Positions 12,114-25,420 are shown, counted from the whole stretch's first letter. The stretch is DNA of 63,150 bases, filler included, from Octopus bimaculoides (GCF_001194135.2; 7 parts of 6 records of this genome joined end to end with filler, not necessarily neighbours in it); one strand, 5' to 3'. The notes: generated by a model not told the origin, from the sequence alone. Made by a program: numbers and translations.

Positions 12114-15100
12114 ATGAACATTTTGACCACGCTCACTTTTACTGAGCTCATAGTTATCCTTAATCGACTCAGACATTGTAAGAATTACTCATGTCTCTTT
12201 GAACTTGAGACAGCATTGGCAGTAGCTGTCGACAGTGCCTCGAGCTTAATGCCTTCCAGTATCATTCGTCATCCATCTTGTCCCTCAGTGCTCCATTCAG
12301 ACTTTGACAACTTTGATGTGTTTGTCAATGATCTGTATGGAGCTGGAAGAGTCCATCGAACTCATGAGATTATGCTACAGGAGTTCAATCCAGATCAAGG
12401 TGGAAATATTGGAGGAACAGCCAGTTGTGAAGAGCACAAGAACAGAGCAGATATCACTGAAGTTAGTGCCCAAGCAAGCTCTTCCAGACTGTTACATGGG
12501 AAAACGCAAGTCTCCACAATTTGAGGTGGTCGATGATGGTGAGTGAGCAATTGCGAGAGAAATGCAGAGAAATCTTCTCTGGATCATCGTTCGCCTGCAC
12601 AGTGCTGTTAGAAAGCAGAGAGTGCCCGGCTGGGGAGGATATGTATCACTGACTGGAGACGTTCCTGTACAACTGACAACCATTGAGTATTTTTCGATCA
12701 TACCTCACCCAATCACAGACACCAAAATCATACAGGAATGCCTAAAGTACTCACAAGAAGCTTCACGGGATATTGGACAGCATTTTGTGGTTACATTTGA
12801 CCTGGGCCTATGTATGAAAGCGTTTCCACTAGTATGGAGCAACACACGCCGGTATGAAGACCATATCATTATGATTGGAACATTCCATCTAGCCTGTGGA
12901 TATCTGAAGATGTTGGAGAAGAAGATCGGTGGAACGGATTCGTTGAAATCTTACTTGAAACTGGTCTTACGACATCTGGGCCTTTGATGAGTGTCATTTC
13001 ATCCAAGAACTATACACGCTCATTTAACTGCCACGAAGTTCTGATCAAAGCTGGCCTGTTTTCTACAAAATCGGGATGAAGAAGAACCATTTGGAAAGCT
13101 ACCGAAGTCTTCCAGGGATTGTATTGAGAGACTCGCAACATCTCCCAGCAAGGAGACTGAAAATGCAGCATTGAATGATCAGGAAATTTATTCATACATT
13201 GAGGAACATCTTCATTTCTGTGAGAAAATTTGCTCAAGCCAACATGAAGACTGCTGCGCTTTGGATGTCAAACATCGATCATGTCTGGCTGACAATGTGT
13301 CTTCTACAAGCTGTAAAGACAAGCAACTTTACAGTATACGCACAGTGCTTCTGCCTTATGCATGACCTCTTCTTCAGCTTCGGAAGATTCAATTATGCAC
13401 GGTACCTCAAATTCTTTTCGATGTTTATTGCCAACATTGAACATTTTCATCCCAGTGCGGAGGATCTATTAAAGAGAAGTGCAATCAGTGTGGAGAGATC
13501 CTTTATTCCAGGAAATAGGTTTGCTGTCGACAAGACAATCGAAGAAACTTTTATGAAACATACAAAATCAAAAAGTGGAAGTGGCCTGACTGGAGCGGGC
13601 ATTAGCGGTCTGCAAACAAACTACTGTGTCTATCAAAGATGGACAAAGTTAGGTAAAGAACGAGCCAAATTCCTTCAGGCTACATTTTGTCTAGCAGGAA
13701 TGTCAGTTGAAGAAGACAAAGGACTGCAACATCGGGAAGTTTGCCTTTGTGAAATTACGACCAGCGAGAAACTTATCTCAAGGACCATTGCAGCTATCAA
13801 GTTCTTCAACAATCCTTTCAACATCCCAGAAGATGGAAATTTGTACAATCTATCATCCGGCGCCCCGGCTTCAGGAGTTGCGAACGACGTCCTCACTGCT
13901 GAGACTGTTGGTAGGCTAGCAAAGGAGGACTTCAGAGAAAACAGACTAATGAAGAAGGATAACTTCATTGACCCTATTAAACGCCCAAATGTGAAAACCA
14001 TTGCACACATGCACATGTCCGTGAAACTCTCAACTTCTCAGAACAAAGTTGTCAAGTACAAGCAGCAGGGAAACATAGCGTTTCACTTACTAGTGAAGTC
14101 TCAAGCACAGATTAATCGGAAACTTGACCTTGACAAACTGTTGACAAACCCATTGACACCTGTTCCATACAGCATTGGATTGGCAGAGGAAATTTTAACA
14201 AAAACAGACAAATCGTAAGGCTTCAAACATGTGAGAGAATGTGATGATGGACAGTTACCTGATCCAAGATAGAGCTTCATTATAGAGGATGGAAATGCAA
14301 TGTTCCATTGCTTGCGTGAGATTCCACGAACATTCGGCGAAATATCTCGCAAGGTGTTGGGATTTGCTCTTCACTTGTCACCTGCCATATTTAACACTGA
14401 CATTTACTAGGTAGACTCTGTAAAAGGGGTGGAAAGAAACAGACGAGTTGTTGGTGACAAACTCATCCTAAGTGTTGGGAAAACAAAAACTGGAAAGTCT
14501 TTCTTGCAAATGATGAGAACAAGACACAGTTTATTCAGCTTTTGCTCTCAATTTGGAGGAGTGAGGTGTCTGCCGACATTCTCATTGGACATGAAATGGT
14601 ACTGATATGTGAAAGAAAAGCTTGCCAGTTGACATCGGATGGACATAGCGCATTCTGTCAAGAAATACATTCTCCCAAATCTTCGCAGGAAGAATCTGAC
14701 ACTCGTGTGATCCTGTATTGCATGTATGTCAAAGAACGGTGATGCAAATCCGTTCGCGTGAGGAGTCCCTATTCAGGCATATTTTTCATCTTACTTCACC
14801 ATGCTAGATTCCTGGAAGGACTTCAGATTCCGTTTGAAACAGGAAAGGGCAATACACGACGCTGTATCGATGTGACTAAGCTGGCTGTGTCTTCCATACC
14901 TGTCCTCTGTTATAAGTTGCTGGGTTATTATGACTTCGCCGGGTGCGATAGTACCAATGCCTTCTAAGAGAAGGGGACAGTGAAGGGACTGAATGTCGTT
15001 GAAACAGATTAATCATTCCAGAAAGCATTCTCCAAGCTAGGGGAGTCTTGACAAGTCGACGAGGAGGTGATGAATGAACTGGAGAAGTTCACATGTGTCC

Positions 15101-15535
15101 TGTATAGTAACAAAATGACAAAAAGGGAGGATATATTGCGGTTCACAACTTTGCGAGTAAAGCGTGGTGGGAAGGATGATTTCACAAAGTCTAAGAAATT
15201 CGATCTCGCTTCTCTGTCCCCATTTAGAAACGTCCTCGAGCAACATGTTCGGCGAAGCAACTTCCAAACCAGGATATGGAATCTCGCGAACATTGCAAAG
15301 CCTTCCGAGCCTAGACTAGTCGAAGAATATGGATGGACAATGGCAACTGGAATCATGAAGCCGAAGTGGACAGGGTGAAGTGATGAAAATGAAACAGTTA
15401 GTAATGATGTAACTTGAAGATGAAACTTGCGCATCAAATTCTGACCCTGCTAGTGACAGTGAACTTAGTGAAAGTGATTTCCTTGATAGAGTAGGATCGG
15501 ATGGTGATACTGAAAGTGATGGTGATGATTATTAA
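12114..15535 (+). pseudogene. Degenerate Academ (AcademX-type) DNA transposon ORF: DDE-like transposase fused to XPG/FEN1-like nuclease, many frameshifts and stops
   Basis: Collinear + strand fragments across frames: ELIVILNRLRHC..LETA, DFDNFD..HRTHEIMLQE (12114-12524); VPGWGG, VVTFDLGLCMKA, IGTFHL (12562-12987); FGRFNYARYL, AVDKTIEETF, PLTPVPYSI..TDKS (13175-14218); IEDGNAMFH, SVKGVERNRR (~14280-14445); QEESDTRVIL (14542-14742); GCDSTNAF, H3TH-like (14758-14967); LEKFTCVLY..QHVRRSNFQ..IW..EYGW (15067-15378); acidic tail ending at TAA 15533-15535. Family call from recalled motifs. Confidence 0.8.
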
Positions 15536-15920
15536 CCCGACACTTGAAATGACTCGTGAATGTAATAGAAGGTTCACAAATAATGTCATCTTTGACAATT
15601 ATGTGGCGTATGTGGATGGGACGAAGTCCAGTGCATTACAAAGTTAATGAAACTATGAACATATATAACTGTCATGAAAATGAGATACAACAAGGTAAGA
15701 ATTAGGATGAATGCTTACTGGAAATGTGTTAATTCAAATTTTAATGAGCCGAAGGGTGCTCAGCTGAGATTTCTAACTCAACTGTAGATGATAACACTTC
15801 CAATCAGTTAAGATGAGGAACCGTGAGAGTCAATGTCAGGGCATAGTTACGATCAGAAGAGCTACTGCGTTGTACAGCATCAGGGTATGCCACTGTCTGG
15901 TACTGCATCAGGACATTTAT

Positions 15921-16293
15921 TATTATTATTATTATTTTATGTTTGACTTTTGTTTTGCATTTGTACAAGTTGGATCCAAGTCTCACCTAGAGACCTCAAG
16001 AGACAACAAGTTAGAAGTTCATATAGGTGTTATGCCTAGGGTACCATATATTTGGATTTGTACAGTTTTGTTCTAGTGAATGTTTAAGAAACCATAAGAA
16101 AATTATGTGTTTGCTTTAAAATTTGAGATCACATAGACAGTATTTTACGTAGGATATGGGCAGTTCCCATTAGCACTATCTTTTGAACTTCAGCCATTTT
16201 GGGGTTTCCTGGTATCTGAGCTAGGTAGTAATCAGCCCGTTTCGCTGTCATTCCCAGGGCATCTATGACAATAGGTATTGTTTTCGTCTTCAG
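15921..16293 (-). mobile_element. R4/Dong-like LINE 3' end (subfamily A) with (TAA)n tail; runs into a gap
   Basis: LKTKTIPIVIDALGM..IPGNPKMAEVQKIVLMGTAHILRKILSM*, then a 3'UTR shared with 24956-25420. Confidence 0.8.
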
Positions 16294-17034
16294 NNNNNNN
16301 NNNNNNNNNNNNNNNNNNNNNNNNNNNNNNNNNNNNNTTAATTAATTAANNNNNNNNNNNNNNNNNNNNNNNNNNNNNNNNNNNNNNNNNNNNACTGTAA
16401 CTGATCACAAAGATGTGTTAAAGGATTTCTTTGCTTTATTATTTGGATTATAAATATATGATGGACTCTCCCGTCATTAGGCTATGACGGTTTGACAATT
16501 TCATACTGAACGACCACAAAGATGATTTGTTTATTGTGAACAAATGTTTGTGTAGACATAAGCTCACTCCCTCCATCAAATCGACATTACCTGTACAGGT
16601 GCAAATGGGTGCCACATGTCAGATGTTGAAATGATTGCAGAGCAACATGAAATGAAGTGCTTTGCTCAAGAACACAACGCAACACCTGGTCTGGGAATTG
16701 AACCCACGATCTTGCAATCATGAGTGTAGTGCTGAAACCACTAAGCCATGCGCCTTCACTGTGTGTGTGTGTGTGTCTTTCTGGGAGGATATTGAAGAGC
16801 TGTGAGCCCTTGAAATTCAACTTCTTTCAGTATTTGATCCTGTATCCTAATGACAATGCTGGGATTTTTGGTACTATGTATGTGGTGGTGGTGGTGGTGG
16901 GGTGGGTGGCATTCTGCTGTTTGTGTAACTTTTGATGCCAAAGTTTGGTACAAAGTCTTTTTAGGATTTTTCTAGAAGTATATCACTGCATATCTTTCCC
17001 ACCTTTATTCTAGAGTCTTAACCTTTTCAGCCTG

Positions 17035-17082
<48 letters not shown>

Positions 17083-17696
17083 NNNNNNNNNNNNNNNNNN
17101 NNNNNNNNNNNNNNNNNNNNNNNNNNNNNNNNNNNNNNNNNNNNNNNNNNNNNNNNNNNNNNNNNNNNNNNNNNNNNNNNNNNNNNNNNNNNNNNNNNNN
17201 NNNNNNNNNNNNNNNNNNNNNNNNNNNNNNNNNNNNNNNNNNNNNNNNNNNNNNNNNNNNNNNNNNNNNNNNNNNNNNNNNNNNNNNNNNNNNNNNNNNN
17301 NNNNNNNNNNNNNNNNNNNNNNNNNNNNNNNNNNNNNNNNNNNNNNNNNNNNNNNNNNNNNNNNNNNNNNNNNNNNNNNNNNNNNNNNNNNNNNNNNNNN
17401 NNNNNNNNNNNNNNNNNNNNNNNNNNNNNNNNNNNNNNNNNNNNNNNNNNNNNNNNNNNNNNNNNNNNNNNNNNNNNNNNNNNNNNNNNNNNNNNNNNNN
17501 NNNNNNNNNNNNNNNNNNNNNNNNNNNNNNNNNNNNNNNNNNNNNNNNNNNNNNNNNNNNNNNNNNNNNNNNNNNNNNNNNNNNNNNNNNNNNNNNNNNN
17601 NNNNNNNNNNNNNNNNNNNNNNNNNNNNNNNNNNNNNNNNNNNNNNNNNNNNNNNNNNNNNNNNNNNNNNNNNNNATATATTTACATATATATATA

Positions 17697-17902
17697 TATC
17701 GCCTGACTGGCCTTTGTGCGGGTGACACGTAAAAGCACCCACTACACTCTCAGAGTGGTTGGCGTTAGGAAGGGCATCCAGCTGTAGAAACTCTGCCAGA
17801 TCAGATTGGAGCCTGGTGTTGCCATCCGGTTTCACCAGTCCTCAGTCAAATCGTCCAACCCATGCTAGCATGGAAAGCGGACGTTAAACGATGATGATGA
17901 TA
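17697..17902 (+). mobile_element. SINE family 5 / RTE-type 3' tail with (GAT)n; further copies at 36525-36785(+), 32495-32650(+), 21005-21410(-), 27530-27680(-)
   Basis: ggttggcgttaggaagggcatccagctgtagaaactctgcc..catgctagcatggaaagcggacgttaaacgatgatga. Confidence 0.85.
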
Positions 17903-18689
17903 TAGATGTATGTATGTATGTATGTATATATAAGTAGCAAACAGCTATGGAATACCTAAGCCAGGATTCGAAATTGAATCCACAGTTTCAAACAAGTCCT
18001 CGGCCAATTGTTCTCACTTTTTGCACTAAAGGATTAACAAGAATAAGCTGACTCCTTAAACCTTTTGAGTTATTCATGGGTCAAATCTGACATAGAAGAT
18101 AAATCCTTTTCTTTTAGCTTGACCTAATTTAATTATGAAGAATATATATATGTGAAGCCAAATAACTTTCTTAACTTTTTTTTTTTTTTGGTGAGTGTGG
18201 GGAGACAGGGGGGAGATTGACCTGTCTTTGATCAAAGAGTAACTCCTTCAGTATGCTGATCAATATGTAAGAAAGAGAAGATAATTTATCAGCCTCTTCT
18301 TCTTCCCTATACTGTATTACTCTGTCTTTCTCAAATAGTCACAAAGATGAAACTATCTACAGCATGGACTGGAGACAAACAAACAATTTGTTCATTACAA
18401 CAACTACGAAAAGTTATTTTCACTATTGCAACAACTGACATTAATGCACAGTTTAATAAACGGCCATTTTAATGAACAAATATTATTGTTCGTTCTTCAT
18501 TCACTTAAATGATGCATTGATACACATTTTTTATACACGAACTTCTGACTCAACAACTCATGCCTTCTCTACTACATGCTGCTAAAATCGGATCTTATTT
18601 ACAAATTGGTAACTTCCAGACTAAAGAATAGCAACCGTTTATCCTTAACTACAAGAATTTATACAATGTCTCTCTAAAAGAAAGGGAGA

Positions 18690-19005
18690 AACATGTGAAA
18701 TACAAAGATATGGAAAAAGAGATAACACAAATGCAGAATCTGAAGATAGACGCAATCTTTATAAAAATAAGTGCTTTAGGTATGGACCAAAAGCACAGAT
18801 ACATGACCAGATCGCCAGGGCTTATGAATGTATATATAGTATACAGAAAATAGCACTGCTAAGCACGGCTCACATCCCGTGTAGAGCACTTTGAATACAG
18901 TGAAAATAATAGGACCAAAACAAACCACAGCACATACTCTGAGGCACACAGAGTTGTGTTTGGTAGGGCAGGGAAAGTATGTAATAAAAAAATAAAATCA
19001 AAACT

Positions 19006-19058
<53 letters not shown>
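18690..19058 (+). mobile_element. R4/Dong-like LINE 3' end with (TAA)n tail
   Basis: EKHVKYKDME.EIT..ISALG..IQKIALLSTAHI..AL* followed by about 16 TAA units. Confidence 0.7.
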
Positions 19059-19060
<2 letters not shown>

Positions 19061-19470
19061 CCTTTCTACTATAGGCACAAGGTCTGAAATTTTGGGGGAG
19101 GGTAAGTCAACTATATCAACCCCAGTACTCAACTGGTACTTAATTTATCGACCCCGCCAAAAGGGTGAAAGGCAAAGTTGACCTCAATAGAATTTGAACT
19201 CAGAAAATACTGCTAAGCATTTTGCCAGGCATGCTAATGACTCTGTCAGCTCACCACCTTAATAATAATAAGAATAATCCTTTCTACGAAAGGCACAAGG
19301 CCTGAAATTTTGGGGGGAGGTACTAGTTGATTACATCGACCCCAGTGTTTCACTGGTACTTAATTTATCCATACTGAAAGGATGAAAGGTAAAGTGAACC
19401 TTGGCAGAATTTGAACTCAGACCAAAATGGCAGATGAAATACCACTAAGTATTTGGTCCAGCGTGCTAAC
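19058..19470 (-). mobile_element. SINE family 3, two tandem copies (MetaSINE/Sauria-like central domain, from recall); further copies at 25445-25650(+), 32740-32960(-), 35060-35185(+), 35660-36195, 51085-51300(-), 52435-52650(-)
   Basis: Recurring gactttgcctttcatcctttc.gggtcgataaattaagtaccag motif. Confidence 0.8.
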
Positions 19471-19499
19471 AACAACAACAACAACAACAAGATATATAG

Positions 19500-19838
19500 T
19501 TGATGCTGTGTACATCTTTGATCCATGAATAGTCAAGAAGGAAGGCAAAATAGTACAGCTATGGAAAATGAAGAAAGTGAAGAGAGTGCCAATTATTGTT
19601 GGTTCCTTGGAGACAATATTAAAAGGCTTCATGATAAATATAAAGGAAATGGGGGTAGAATCCCCAGTAGAATTGTTACAAAAGGTCTGCCTCCCTTGTA
19701 CAACCAGAATCACCAGGAAAGTATTAGATAAATCAAAAAGAGCAGATAGCATGGTACTGTAAGACTGCAGGTAGCAAGCCTGCTATGCACGCAAGACTTC
19801 AGGAGTCCCAACCTGAGTTAAAAAGAATAAAGATGATG

Positions 19839-19914
<76 letters not shown>

Positions 19915-19922
19915 TGATGATG

Positions 19923-19954
<32 letters not shown>
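19500..19954 (+). mobile_element. R4/Dong-like LINE 3' end between (AAC)n and a long (TAA)n
   Basis: KVKRVPIIVGSLETI..VELLQKVCL..TRITRKVLD (ORF 19568-19762). Confidence 0.7.
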
Positions 19955-20159
19955 NNNNNNNNNNNNNNNNNNNNNNNNNNNNNNNNNNNNNNNNNNNNTT
20001 AATTAATTAANNNNNNNNNNNNNNNNNNNNNNNNNNNNNNNNNNNNNNNNNNNNCGCTTGACTGCAGAATATATAAGCCGAATAATAGCAAGTGGTTTAC
20101 CACACTGAAATGGTTTATTTATTTATTTATTTAAGTTGTTATTTTTATTTTTAACTGTT

Positions 20160-20860
20160 TAGTGTGAGAAAAAGAGAAAGAGGAATAGAATGTAAAGGAA
20201 GGAGAAGGAGAAGAAACAGAGGTGAATGGCAATAGAGAGAGAGAGAGAATAGGAGAAAGTGAAAAGAGAGAAGTAAATCAAGAATAAAAAGATAGGAAGC
20301 GTGTGAGGAAGGAGAAAAAGGATAAAGTGATTGGGGAGGAGAAAAGAGAGAGTCGGAAAAGGAAGAAGGTGAATGGGGCGAAAATAGTTAAAAGAAAGCA
20401 AAAGAATGGGTGATGGGGATGCGGGTGGAGGTAGTAGTGGTAATAAAAAGCGAATAAGGAGAATTATGAGAGGAAGGGAGGGCGGTGAAAGAACGGAAAG
20501 AAAGAGAGTGAAGGAAGGAAGGAAGGAAGAGAAGACGAAAACGGGAGAAAAAAAGGCAGATCTTGAGAAATGACAAGGAAAAGAGTGAGCGGTAATGATC
20601 TTTCCCTTATTGTTTTGTCTTCTTTTCTTGTATATTTCTTCTATTCTCTCTGTCTTTCCTTTCTTTCAATCTTGCCGCCTCCGTCATTTCTGTTTGTCTA
20701 TCTTTCCTTTTAAAGTTATTATTTATCCTTCGTTTATTTCTGCTTTTTTTCCATCTTTCATTCATTCCATTTTGTTTTCTTCCTTTCTTTTTTTCCTCTT
20801 TTTCTTTCTTTCTTTCTTTCTTTCTTTCTTTACTTATTAATTTATTCATTAATGCCTGTC
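20160..20860. repeat. Low-complexity purine-rich block followed by a pyrimidine-rich block
   Basis: GA-rich 20160-20590 switches to CT-rich 20595-20860. Confidence 0.85.
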
Positions 20861-20990
20861 ATTCTTTTTGTCACTCGGCCTCTCTTATCTAGGAATATAC
20901 TTGCCCCTAATAAGTAGCAGATCTGAGGTTATAGGCGCTCCAGTCCCAAACATTTCACATCCTGTCATTTCCTAGGCACAGTGCACCACC

Positions 20991-21024
<34 letters not shown>

Positions 21025-21839
21025 TCATCATTTAACGTCCGTTTTCCATGCTGGCATAGGTTAGACGGTTTAACTAGAACTGGTAAGCCAGAGTGCTGCA
21101 CTGTATTGCAGTCTGATTTGGCATGGTTGCCCTTCCTAACGCCAATCACTCTAAGAGTGTAATGAATGCTTTTTATGTGTCACTGGCACAAGTGCCATTC
21201 ACGTGGCACTGGCCAATGGCCATGACTATGGTTTCACTTGACTTGACAAGTCTTCTCGAGCACTGCATAATGCCGAAGGTCTCAGTCACTTGTCATTGCC
21301 TATGTGAGGCCCAACATTCAAAGATCATGCTTCAACATTTCACCTCTTGCCTCCATGGGGCCCAACATTCGAAACCAGCAATGGGTGATATCACATTATT
21401 CTTTCCTAACTAGAGTGGGATTTGAGGAATAGTTTAGCTTCCTTTTCGAGTAGGTTGCACAACCATTTAGTTTTCCTTGTTCAGTTAGTTTTCCTTGTTC
21501 AGTTAGTTTTCCTTTCAGAAGAAGGTTAGAAACATTTAACCATCTTCTATCTATCAAGGTAAGTTTTCATAGAGTTTCTTACATCTACCTACAAATGGTT
21601 GCTGTTGTTAGACACTCATAGAGTCAGTTTCTCAGATTTTGTAGCTTATATTCTCCCCACTGGACAGGATGCTGGACCATTGCAGGATTACTTCTTTTTG
21701 CCAGCTGAGTGGACTGGAGCAACATGAAATGAAGTGTCTTGCTCAAGAACAGCATACTGCCTGGTCCAGGAATTGAAACCCCTATCTTACTATCACCAGT
21801 GCAGCATTCTAACCACAAAACCCTGTGCCTCTACTACAG

Positions 21840-22130
21840 TATGATCATCAGTATAGCCAATGTCAGAGAGGTACAGCTTTGCTTGCTGATGTTTTGATTA
21901 TTTCTGCTTGATGGTGAGGCCTTTGTCTTTGATGGGATCAAGACTTTGCCTAAGGATGTAGCCTACTACAATCACAAAGAGAAAACAAGCTAGGATGTCT
22001 CCTTGAAGGATTCCTGCTGTTGTTGGCAACTCTTTACTTGGACTCTCTATGCTTTTCACAAAGTTTGATGGGTTTTCATACAAAAAAAAAACCGATCTCA
22101 ACTGCAGTACCATAATTCAAAAGGGTATGT
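21840..22130 (-). mobile_element. RTE-clade LINE RT core remnant
   Basis: TTAGILQGDILACFLFVIVVGYILRQS (ORF 21898-22113) followed by a degenerate YADD (GYTDD). Confidence 0.8.
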
Positions 22131-22329
22131 AACAAAACCCTTCTATTAACACCTTCTAATGCCTTAAAGAAATCTGAAAATTCAAATGATACATTTTACT
22201 TAGAGACGATGAGCTCTTCTTCAGGTTGATAGCTTTTGAATTTCCATCTATCAGATTCCACTTGTAATATACTGGTCAGCTGTAAGTTAAAGTAGAAGAA
22301 ACATGGTCAAGGTGCCTCACTGTGGGATC

Positions 22330-23010
22330 AAACTTAAACACACAAACATGTTTAGATATGCTGAAAGTGATTGATGAAGCCACAAGTTCAGACACTCAGG
22401 CAGGCAAGGAATTTTCCCAAATTTTTAAAAATATCATTGAATGTGGCAATTACCCACCAGCCCTCCACCACTAATTTGTGTTCAATGTAGATGTGACAAA
22501 TCTCTTTTTCCTGGAAAAGAAACCACCTTGCATTTTCATCTTCTGAGATGGAATATAAACAGTTCTGGGTTCAAGGCTGGAAAAGGTTATTTAATGAAGT
22601 ACTCCAAGCTGAAGGAGAATACAAACTGAAGTGAAGACTTGTTTATTATTCAGAAATACAACAGCCAGTGAGGGGAATATGAGATGAGTATCAACCTGTG
22701 ATTTTGAGGCCAAAGAAGAAGGCCTAGTTAAAAAAGAAATTTGCACACAGTGGTTTGTGTCATATTTTTGTCTGGCTGTGAAAAGATATTGTGGAAAACA
22801 TAACATTGAATCTAAGGTTTTATTGATGATTGATAAGGTTCCAGGCCATCCTTCAATTCCTGATCTCCTTCAAACCTGTAATCCTGTTGATAGAGAAACA
22901 CAGACAGATAGATAGATAGATGGATAGATAGCTAGATAGATAGATAGATATCACCAGAAATCACTTCCTTACTCCAACCTATGGATCATAGTGCAATTAA
23001 GACCTACAAC
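22330..23010 (+). mobile_element. pogo/Tigger DDE transposase remnant interrupted by (GATA)n
   Basis: ..FPKFLKNIIE..VFNVD.T..GFKA.K..WF..VLLMIDKVPGHP..TSLLQPMDHSAIKTY. Confidence 0.85.
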
Positions 23011-23450
23011 TGTTCATCGCATACCAGGATGGAAAATGGACATTAAAGGATGATGATGATGACAATAAATGGTACTATGATAAACTGGATTCAGTATATG
23101 TGACAAAATGGTTGGCGGTTGGAAGTGTATCCAGTCATAGAAACCATGTGCAAAACTGAACACATGGACGAAATATGGACAAGTTAAGTACTTGTCTAGG
23201 AGAGCAGTAACTTCAAATAAGATGTGACACATGAGAGAAAGAACTCTTTGGTCTAGCAGCAGATAACTTCTCTAGTTGCCAGTGACATGAGGAAATGTGT
23301 GTAGTCCATTGTTTTTCAGGAGTTTATTTCTGTTGCTGTATGTCTCAGATGTCGTGGCTGGTAAGGAATGGCTTTGAGACCCATGCAGTATGCAAAAAAA
23401 GAGAGAAAAAAAGAGATGAAATGTTGCTGATTATATATATATATCTCTCA

Positions 23451-23512
<62 letters not shown>

Positions 23513-23561
23513 TGAGAGAGAGTGTATTAGAGAAATAGATAGAAAGAAAGCTATACATACA

Positions 23562-23594
<33 letters not shown>

Positions 23595-24589
23595 GCATAC
23601 ATACATATAGCAAAAGTTTGCTTATATGCATTTTCTATATATTATGCTCACAAGGCATTTTAAATGCAGACATGCACACACACACATGCATATATATAGT
23701 CAGGCAGAAGGATTGACTGATGGATATATATATAAGTATGTATGTATAAGGTACATGTGTACGTGTATATGCAAGTATACTACCACAAGTATTTTCTTGT
23801 TACTGTTTTCTTTTACTTTTGTCATTCACCCAACATGAAAAAGCTGATGCAATATTTTTACTGAGTCCTTTCTTCACTCTTTATAAGCCACAACTGTCTG
23901 ACCTAAATGCAGTCTAGACTTGGCAGTATTATGTCAGTATGTCTCAAACGAAATCAGACCACCACCACCACCACCACCACCTCTGTTGCTGCTGCCAATG
24001 CAAAGCAACTTTAAAATATGCAAATTACTTGTTGGTTTGTGTTTAGAATCAGAGAAGTTGCATCAGTGAAGATTGCTTCTATATTTGTGATGCAGAGTAA
24101 AGAATAAAGAATTTACTTAAGAAACAGCTTCGCAAATCTTTAATCATTTTCCTGCTTTTATTTTTGTTTTTGTTTCTTAGTTTATTATTTTAAAATATTT
24201 TTTTTTGTTTTATACTGCACATTTCTGGGACTAACATAAAAAAAAAATGTCATCACCATCACCACTGGTGATGGTGAAAATTATGAAGATGATGATCCTG
24301 CTGGTGTTGTTGTTGGTGGTGATTATGATGATGGTGGTGATGATGATGGCAATTATAATGATGGTGATGAATGTGGTGGCAGCAGTGGTGACATATAATT
24401 AGAGTGGTGGTGATCACTTATCACATTGACTTCAATGCTGACAACAGTGGTGTGATGGTGATGATGATAGTGATGATCATAATCATCACCGTCATCACTA
24501 TTGCCAAATGAAGTTATGTAAATATTAGCGAATATATTATTAAACTATACTGCACTGTTTGTCATGATATAAATTTCAAGTAATTGTAT

Positions 24590-24955
24590 CATTATTATTA
24601 TTATTATTATGTTGTTGTTTTTTCTTCTTTCTTCAAATTTTCTCACATTTCTCACCAAGTGTTTTCCATACACCTAGGGCAGAGAAACTCATTGTATGCG
24701 TTCCCAATTTACACACGCAAATTCACAGGTAAAACATGTATTTACAAAAAAAAAAAAAAAAAAAATTCATGAATGGATGTTGTTTTCACAGCAATAATGC
24801 TCTTCTTAGTACATGAGTCGTTCCAGTTAGCATGATTTTTTGCACTTCCTGTAGAGATGGTAAGCCTGGTATCATTTTCAAATAGGTTTCAGTACCTTTT
24901 TTTATCATTCCTAGAGATCCTACAATCACTGGTATGGTAGTTGCCTTGCTTTTTG
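24590..24955 (-). mobile_element. R4/Dong-like LINE 3' end (subfamily B) with (AAC)(AAT) tail
   Basis: KATTIPVIVGSLGMIKKG..LQEVQKIMLTGTTHVLRRALLL*; 3'UTR closely matches 54180-54395. Confidence 0.85.
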
Positions 24956-25420
24956 CTTTGTATTTATACAAGTTGGCTGCAAGTCTCACCCAGAGACCTC
25001 AAGAGACAACAAGTTAGAAGTTCATGTTGGTGTTATGCCCAGGGTGTCATATATTTGGTTTATGACAAATATTTGTACATAGTATTGTTCTAGAGAATGT
25101 TTAAGAAAACAAGAAAATAATGAATTTGTTTTAAAATTTGAAATTACATAGACAGTATTTTGTCGGACATGGGTAGTCCACATAAGCACTATCTTTAGAA
25201 TTTCTGCTATTTTGGGGTTTCCTAGTATCTAAGCTAGGTAGCAAACAGCCCCTTTTGCTATCATTCCTAGGGCACTTATGGCAACAGGTGTTGTTTTAGC
25301 CTTGAGACTCCACATTTTACTTGCTCAGTTTTCAGTAGGTCTTGACAGATACATTTATGTTGATTAGGACAGTCATATCAATGAGGAGGCTTGATTTTTG
25401 TCTGAAATATTTCAATCATC
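24956..25420 (-). mobile_element. R4/Dong-like LINE 3' end (subfamily A) joined directly upstream of the subfamily B fragment
   Basis: SLLIDMTV..KMWSLKAKT.PVAISALGM..KIVLM.TTHV; 3'UTR matches 15940-16140. Confidence 0.8.
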
